A stretch of DNA of 32,000 nucleotides. Origin: Candidatus Jordarchaeales archaeon (lineage in GTDB: Archaea; Asgardarchaeota; Jordiarchaeia; Jordiarchaeales; Freyrarchaeaceae). The stretch is taken from contig JAWCFL010000001.1 in the NCBI GenBank assembly GCA_038858525.1, positions 30,001 through 62,000 on the forward strand, read 5' to 3'. This document shows positions 27,164 through 32,000 of the stretch, piece after piece. Under the pieces are notes generated by a model. It was not told where the DNA came from, ran no database searches, and worked only from the letters and a program-made list of their open reading frames with translations. Numbering within the stretch: position 1 is the stretch's first letter; each line of letters begins with the position of its first letter. The position numbers and the translations under genes were made by a program.

Positions 27164-28261
27164 TTGGAAGCTAAACTATTATACGAGACAGATAGATGCC
27201 TTCACTGCGGCTCCTGCTTATCTGTTTGTCCGTTAGTTAATGCTGGTGTTCCCGGTAACCCTAAGAAGGTCGGCGTGTATGCAGCTAGAGACATGAGGAA
27301 GGCGGATTACTTCACTACTACTCCTTTTAACTGTACTTTTTGTCTTGCGTGTGTTAATGCATGCCCTGTCAATCTTCCAACTCCAGAAGTTGTGAAACGT
27401 CTCAGAGGGAGGGTTAAACGTCCAGACTCAATAGAACAACTTGTGGAGAACGTCAAGTCAAGCGGGAACATTTTTGGAATGAGAAACGATGAAAGATGGA
27501 TATGGAGCATTGAACTAGACTTTCCTTTAGAGGAAAAAATAGACACTAAAGCTGAAGTCGGATACTTTGTAGGGTGTAATTCTGCTTTCGCTCCGTCACT
27601 CTCAGGAATACCTGTGGCAAATATTACTCTCCTTGAGAGGGCAAAAATTAACTACACGTTAATTTCCGGCGAGAAATGTTGCGGTATACCACTCGCGATG
27701 GCAGGGGAGGAAAGCGTGCTCGCAGAGATAGCGAAAAGCAACGTTGAAGAATACAAGAAGAGGGGGGTCAAAGTTCTGGTGACGTCTTGCCCAGCTTGTT
27801 TACGAGCATGGAGAGAAGTTTATCCCAGAATAGTGAAGGTGCCATTCAAGGTTCAGCACGCTACGCAGTTCATTTTTAGCTTGATAAAGAGGGGCAAAAT
27901 TAAACTTGCCAGAATAGACAGGAAAGTGACGTATCAAGATCCCTGCGAGCTGGCTAGAGGATGCGGCATAATAATAGAGCCTCGTCTTCTGATAAAGGAG
28001 ACGGGTGCATTGCTCTTGGAATTCAAAGAAAAAGGATTAGAGGCAGAGTGTTGTGGTGGGGGAGGTCTTTTGAGAGCGACTAATCCTCAGACGGCCACAC
28101 GGCTTGCTCTTTCAAAGCTACAAGAGGCAAAGTTGCTTGGATCTGAAGCGATAATAACTGCGTGTCCCGCGTGCAAGCAAAACCTCCTAAAAGCAGGAGG
28201 TGACATTCCCATATTGGACATAGGTGAGCTACTCCTCACCGCTCTTCCTTCTAACTCTTGA
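27164..28261 (+). CDS. glpC: GlpC/HdrD-like Fe-S subunit (two 4Fe-4S motifs plus CCG domains)
   Basis: 365 aa; CLHCGSCLSVCP, CTFCLACVNACP, EKCCG, TSCPAC, YQDPC, ECCGGGG, TACPAC; follows glpAB. Confidence 0.82.
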   Translation: MEAKLLYETDRCLHCGSCLSVCPLVNAGVPGNPKKVGVYAARDMRKADYFTTTPFNCTFCLACVNACPVNLPTPEVVKRLRGRVKRPDSIEQLVENVKSSGNIFGMRNDERWIWSIELDFPLEEKIDTKAEVGYFVGCNSAFAPSLSGIPVANITLLERAKINYTLISGEKCCGIPLAMAGEESVLAEIAKSNVEEYKKRGVKVLVTSCPACLRAWREVYPRIVKVPFKVQHATQFIFSLIKRGKIKLARIDRKVTYQDPCELARGCGIIIEPRLLIKETGALLLEFKEKGLEAECCGGGGLLRATNPQTATRLALSKLQEAKLLGSEAIITACPACKQNLLKAGGDIPILDIGELLLTALPSNS

Positions 28262-28651
28262 AAGCACTCTCTCAAAAACTCTCAACCCAACAGCGAGCTT
28301 AGCACTTCTAGCCATGAGACCAGCGATCATCATGACGTCAAATATTTCGTCGACAGATGCGCCCTCACGAAGCGCAGCCTCAACGTGAAAGTCCATGCAG
28401 TGTTCACATCCTAAAGCTACAGCCGCAGACAGTGCGACGAGCTCAGCCACTTTGCGAGTCAGAGCCTTCGGCCTCCTAAGCGTGAAAAGTGATAGAAGAG
28501 AATCCAGTACAAGCAGTTCAGGTCTGTTGCGTCCAATAGACTCTGATACAAAGGGCACGCGTCCATATTCCACGTGCATCTCACGGAAAAGCTCATCGAC
28601 CACAGCGTCCAAATTCCTAAATAAAGATTCAAGAAGAGACTTCAAACTCAA
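28229..28651 (-). CDS. Carboxymuconolactone decarboxylase / AhpD-like protein
   Basis: ELVALSAAVALGCEHCMDFHVEAAL..GAS.DEI with CxxC; start likely TTG 28651, 4 nt after GGTGA. Confidence 0.85.
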   Translation of the reverse strand: MSLKSLLESLFRNLDAVVDELFREMHVEYGRVPFVSESIGRNRPELLVLDSLLSLFTLRRPKALTRKVAELVALSAAVALGCEHCMDFHVEAALREGASVDEIFDVMMIAGLMARSAKLAVGLRVFERVLSRVRRKSGEE

Positions 28652-28788
28652 AATTTCACCCGGAAACGAGATCAACTAAACAAAATATATATTCGCTTTT
28701 CCCTTGAAACACGAGCTACATTCAAAATCAAAAAATAAATAAAGAGCGAGGAAACGTCAGTATGGCGAATGAACAGAAGAAGGAAAAA

Positions 28789-28796
28789 TTATAAGT
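28789..28796 (+). promoter_or_regulatory. TATA box upstream of tRNA-Leu(UAG)
   Basis: TTATAAGT preceded by purine-rich AAGGAAAAA, about 38 nt before the mature tRNA start. Confidence 0.5.
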
Positions 28797-28833
28797 TAGG
28801 GATAATCTTTGTTCAGTGAGAGAAGCGTACGGT

Positions 28834-28967
28834 GCGGGGGTTCCCTAGTTTGGCCAACTCTGAGACTGGCTAAAGGGGCCGGGCTTAGGTCCAGAGTGGT
28901 AAGAAACCCGGTGGTGTAGAATGTTAAGTAGCACAAACCTGCGTGGGTTCAAATCCCACCCCCCGCA
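28834..28967 (+). tRNA. tRNA-Leu(UAG) with three introns (28858-28873, 28890-28905, 28920-28936)
   Basis: Acceptor GCGGGGG/CCCCCGC+A, T-arm GTGGG-TTCAAAT-CCCAC, anticodon arm CCGGG-CTTAGGA-CCCGG; removing 16+16+17 nt gives an 85-nt class II tRNA; each intron has a 4-bp central helix with 3-nt bulges. Confidence 0.92.
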
Positions 28968-29029
28968 TCACTTGAGTGCTTTTGCAGTTTTGGAATTCCG
29001 TCTCTTCATTTAGAGGGAGGAATTTTTCT

Positions 29030-29821
29030 TTGGGAAAAGATGTATGGAAAGCCGAAGAAAGAGCAGATAAAGGAATATTAAAAGAGAAAGGATCTGAACT
29101 TTTTAAAACAGTTGAGGGTGTTCTCGACACAAGCACCTTAATGACCCTGTATGAACTGGAAAATAGAGGTTACTTCAGAAAACTTATGGGTGTGGTTTCA
29201 ACAGGGAAAGAGGCGAACGTTTATTGGGGGGTGGGTGACGGAGAGGAAGTTGCTGTTAAAGTTTACCGCACGGCGACGCTTGACTTCAAGAAGATTTGGG
29301 TTTACATAGCGGGCGACCCCCGTTTCTCTAGAATTAAAAAAAGTACGCGTGGAATGATGTTCATTTGGGCTGAAAAAGAGTTTAAAAATCTTAAGTTGGC
29401 ATATGAGGCGGAGGTAAGAGTGCCTAAGCCCATAGTTCAGCGCAAAAACGTTTTAGTGATGGAGTTTATAGGGGAAGACGGGGTGCCGGCTCCAAAAATA
29501 AAGGATGTTGAGCTTACCGCTCAAGAGCTGAGGGAGGCATTTGAAAAAGTGATCGATTACGTTGCTAAACTTTACAGAAAGGCGGAACTTATACATTCGG
29601 ACATAAGTGAGTATAACATTCTTTGGTGGGATGAGCCTGTGCTCATAGACCTCTCCCAAGCAGTAATGCTCAGCCATCCATTATCCCATGAGTTTCTCGT
29701 CAGAGACCTTAAAAATATATCAGTGTACTTTTCACGTGAAGGTGTAAGTGTACCATCCATAGAGGAATTATATTACCAAGTAACAGGAGAGGAGGCCCCT
29801 TGGAAGCAAGAGAGTACGTGA
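29030..29821 (+). CDS. rio1: RIO1 atypical Ser/Thr kinase
   Basis: STGKEANVY, AVKVYRT, WAEKEFKNL, LVMEFIG, IHSDISEYNIL, IDLSQAV; start likely TTG 29030 after GGGAGGA. Confidence 0.94.
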   Translation: MGKDVWKAEERADKGILKEKGSELFKTVEGVLDTSTLMTLYELENRGYFRKLMGVVSTGKEANVYWGVGDGEEVAVKVYRTATLDFKKIWVYIAGDPRFSRIKKSTRGMMFIWAEKEFKNLKLAYEAEVRVPKPIVQRKNVLVMEFIGEDGVPAPKIKDVELTAQELREAFEKVIDYVAKLYRKAELIHSDISEYNILWWDEPVLIDLSQAVMLSHPLSHEFLVRDLKNISVYFSREGVSVPSIEELYYQVTGEEAPWKQEST

Positions 29822-30357
29822 AGGTTCCTAAGGAACGCATAGCAGTAATAATAGGCAAAGATGGATGCGTTAAGAAAAGGCTGGAGCAAGAGACAAAAAC
29901 CAAAATAACAGTAGACAGCAACGAGGGAACTGTAACCATAGAAACAACAGAGGAGACAGAAGACCCTCTATCAATCTGGAGAGCAAGAGACATAGTAATT
30001 GCTATGGCGAGAGGGTTCAGTCCTGAAAGAGCCTTCCGCCTCCTGGACGAAGAACAAATGCTGGAAGTCATAGACTTAACAAAAATAGTAGGAGACTCCA
30101 GAAATACGCTTACAAGAATCAAAGGAAGGATAATAGGAGAAGAAGGGAAAAGCAGAAGAATAATAGAGGAAACCTGCGGAGCAGCCATCTCGGTATACGG
30201 ACATACGGTAAGCATAATAGGAGACAGCGACCAGCTTCAATGCGCAAAAAAAGCGATAATGATGCTCATCGAGGGCGCCCGTCACTCAACAGTCTATAGA
30301 GCAATACAAAGAATGGCTAGAGCCATAAAAATGAAGCGAATAATACCAACAACCTAG
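29800..30357 (+). CDS. Dim2/Pno1 (Krr1-like) KH-domain pre-rRNA processing protein
   Basis: 185 aa; RIAVIIGKDG, AMARGFSPERA, RIKGRIIGEEGKSR, ISVYGHTVSIIG, LIEGARHSTVY; usual neighbour of rio1. Confidence 0.93.
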   Translation: MEAREYVKVPKERIAVIIGKDGCVKKRLEQETKTKITVDSNEGTVTIETTEETEDPLSIWRARDIVIAMARGFSPERAFRLLDEEQMLEVIDLTKIVGDSRNTLTRIKGRIIGEEGKSRRIIEETCGAAISVYGHTVSIIGDSDQLQCAKKAIMMLIEGARHSTVYRAIQRMARAIKMKRIIPTT

Positions 30358-30543
30358 ACAACGTAAAAGTGCTTAAAACTGAATTTACATGAAGACGCAA
30401 AACAGCAGTAATTTAATGCGTTTATAACTTCATAAAAACTAGAAAACAAAGTGATAAAAGCTTAATTAAAAACAAAAGTTCAACAGTGAAATAGGAGAAA
30501 AGCCCTTATTTCGTTAGTCTTACAGGTGTTCATTAAGAACTGG

Positions 30544-31215
30544 CTAGATATTTAACTGGCGTAGTTTCTGTAGAAGGCTGGTTTTAATATACTTTAGCAA
30601 GACTAGGAAGTGCTTTAGGTAGTTTATCTTAAGTCTTCTTTTTCCATCAAGTCGAGGATGAACTGGAATGGGAACTTCGCGTATACGCGCACCCATCGTC
30701 GCCGCCTCCAGAAGAAGTGTTCCGCATGTGCTTCTGCTCTCAAGAGTCAGTCTTTGCGCAAGTTTTTTTCTAATGGCGATGAAGCCGCTTCCGGCGTCGT
30801 GAACTCTTACGAGGGGCCACACTAGTGCCGAAATTAGTAGTTCAGCTGGAGGGATGCTACTTCTGCGTCCGACAACGAGGTCTGCCTCGCCAGAAGCAAC
30901 CAGCCCAGCTAGCAACGGAATGTATGATGGGTCGTGCTGGCCGTCTCCATCTACACGGACGATGATGTCTCCCCTAGCTTCCCTGAAACCTGTTTTCAAG
31001 GCCTCGTTAATTCCTCTATTTTCTCCGTGACGGATAACTTTAGCACCAGTCTTCTCAGCAGCCTCGGCCGTTCCATCCCAGCTACCGTCATCGACGACAA
31101 TAACCTCACTAGCATACCGCAAACATCTCCTAACGACACAACTAATAGTTTTCACCTCATTAAAGGCAGGAATAATCACTGAAACATCATAACAACTGCC
31201 TAAAAATTTAAACAA
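30544..31215 (-). CDS. GT2 glycosyltransferase, polyprenol-phosphate mannosyl/glucosyltransferase (DPM1-like)
   Basis: 223 aa; VIIPAFNE, VVDDGSWDGT, DGDGQH, DLVVGRR, DAGSGF, IREVPI. Confidence 0.88.
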   Translation of the reverse strand: MFKFLGSCYDVSVIIPAFNEVKTISCVVRRCLRYASEVIVVDDGSWDGTAEAAEKTGAKVIRHGENRGINEALKTGFREARGDIIVRVDGDGQHDPSYIPLLAGLVASGEADLVVGRRSSIPPAELLISALVWPLVRVHDAGSGFIAIRKKLAQRLTLESRSTCGTLLLEAATMGARIREVPIPVHPRLDGKRRLKINYLKHFLVLLKYIKTSLLQKLRQLNI

Positions 31216-31350
31216 TTACGAACACCACCCGGAAACACTAAGTTCAAACGAAAAAACTATGCGTCCGATAAGACCGCTTCTAAAAAGATTTTTGAAAATC
31301 TTAGAAAGAAACATTGGGATTGATAAGTGGAGACGTTTGGTTAAAGGAAG

Positions 31351-31477
31351 TGGTGCAGGGGGTGGGATTTGAACCCACGCAGGCTTACGTTCCCAGTTTG
31401 GGTCTACGCCACGCGGGCCTCAGCCGCGTTCCTTTGACTTAGCCCATAGTATACACGTCTGGCTCGGACACCCCTGC
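31351..31477 (-). tRNA. tRNA-Leu(GAG) with two introns (31439-31458 D-loop; 31385-31403 variable loop) and encoded CCA
   Basis: Mature GCAGGGGTGTCCGAGCCAG|GTCAAAGGAACGCGGCTGAGGCCCGCGTGGCGTAG|GCCTGCGTGGGTTCAAATCCCACCCCCTGCA (85 nt) + CCA; central helices AGCC/GGCT and GCGT/ACGT with 3-nt bulges. Confidence 0.93.
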
Positions 31478-31503
31478 TCCATATTGGAGTATTAAAATGT
31501 ATC

Positions 31504-31511
31504 TTTTATAG
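31504..31511 (-). promoter_or_regulatory. TATA box of tRNA-Leu(GAG)
   Basis: CTATAAAA on the minus strand with GAAGAAAA BRE-like element upstream, about 27 nt from the tRNA 5' end. Confidence 0.6.
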
Positions 31512-31542
31512 TTTTCTTCGTAGCGAAAGAAAAAATTGCTTA

Positions 31543-32000
31543 TTACTGTTTTGATAGTATGATTCTGGCATCTACGGCCTTTGCTCCTTTGGGGTAGGCG
31601 AAGATTGGGTTTAAGTCTAGTTGGTCTATTTCAGGATGGTCTATGACGAGTGTTGAGACCTTCAAGAGTATGTCGATTAACGCTTCTATGTCTGCGGGGG
31701 GTTGTCCTCTTATTCCTTGTAGGATTGGATATGCTTTTATTTCTTTTATCATTTCTTCTGCATCATACCTTGTTATTGGGGCAACTCTGAAGGAAACGTC
31801 TTTGAGGACTTCTACGAAGATTCCTCCTAGCCCGAACATAAGTGCTGGTCCAAACTGGGGGTCTTTAGCCATTCCGACTATTACTTCTCTTCCTTCCGGG
31901 CAGAATTCTTGAACTAGAATTCCAGTGATTTTCGCGTCGCTTTTGTATTTTTTCACGTTTTCATGTATTTCATTATAGGCTTTTATGACTTCGTTTTTGT
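31543..32000 (-). CDS. ADP-forming acetate/acyl-CoA synthetase beta subunit (ATP-grasp), 3' part; runs off the window
   Basis: Frame stays open to the window edge (KNEVIKAYNEIHENV...); GILVQE, EVIVGMAKDPQFGPALMFGLGGIFVEVLKDVSFR, LDLNPI, AVDARIIL. Confidence 0.92.
   Translation of the reverse strand, partial: KNEVIKAYNEIHENVKKYKSDAKITGILVQEFCPEGREVIVGMAKDPQFGPALMFGLGGIFVEVLKDVSFRVAPITRYDAEEMIKEIKAYPILQGIRGQPPADIEALIDILLKVSTLVIDHPEIDQLDLNPIFAYPKGAKAVDARIILSKQ

Noticed and set aside
8578-29029. Long N-terminal extensions in track ORFs for METTL5 (9306), enolase (10303), the Zn-finger gene (17085), CMD (28675) and RIO1 (28976)
   Set aside because: They overlap neighbouring genes or promoters; downstream starts with SD signals or stop-start coupling fit family N-termini better.
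28924-29136. 70-aa minus-strand ORF ending in MRGVGFEPTQ-like sequence
   Set aside because: This is the well-known translation of an antisense tRNA T-arm, not a protein.
353-31912. Remaining short antisense or overlapping ORFs in the track
   Set aside because: All lie opposite or within well-supported genes and show no motifs; typical shadow frames.
1-32000. CRISPR arrays, IS elements, integrases, rRNA
   Set aside because: No spaced repeat array, transposase or recombinase ORF, terminal inverted repeats or rRNA-like sequence found by eye.
249-32000. Further mRNA introns in other genes
   Set aside because: No other frameshifts, and no obvious in-frame inserts in the conserved proteins. A short in-frame intron without a stop cannot be excluded without alignments.

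Overview
Archaeal chromosomal window, mostly housekeeping genes, from a probably thermophilic TACK/Asgard-type lineage (inferred from archaeal RpoL, TFS, Csl4, aCPSF1, Cdc6, RtcB and a eukaryote-like DC2/OST3-6 gene; exact taxon not determinable here). Gene order: aCPSF1-cdc6-pelota (+); dph2-METTL5-csl4-rpoL-RNase III-like-tfs then rtcB-cooC (-); eno-UPF0146, ppsA, stand-alone atpB (+); degenerate HerA-like gene, topA, small Zn-finger gene, DC2/OST3-6-like gene (-); TIGR00300-family gene, glpK-glpABC (+); CMD gene (-); tRNA-Leu(UAG)-rio1-dim2 (+); GT2, tRNA-Leu(GAG), ADP-forming acyl-CoA synthetase beta 3' part (-). Main result: the apparent frameshift in ppsA is a 20-nt insert (12657-12676) that folds into a canonical bulge-helix-bulge (BHB) motif whose predicted cut sites exactly restore the reading frame and the conserved AED-LP-x-ASFAGQ motif, i.e. 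a candidate endonuclease-spliced mRNA intron in a central metabolic gene. Both tRNA genes are multi-intron (3 and 2 introns; four of the five at non-canonical sites). TTG is the commonest predicted start codon, and three genes appear to start at CTG or ATA, which hides one gene from the ORF track and truncates two. All structure and homology calls were made by eye; no searches or folding programs were run.
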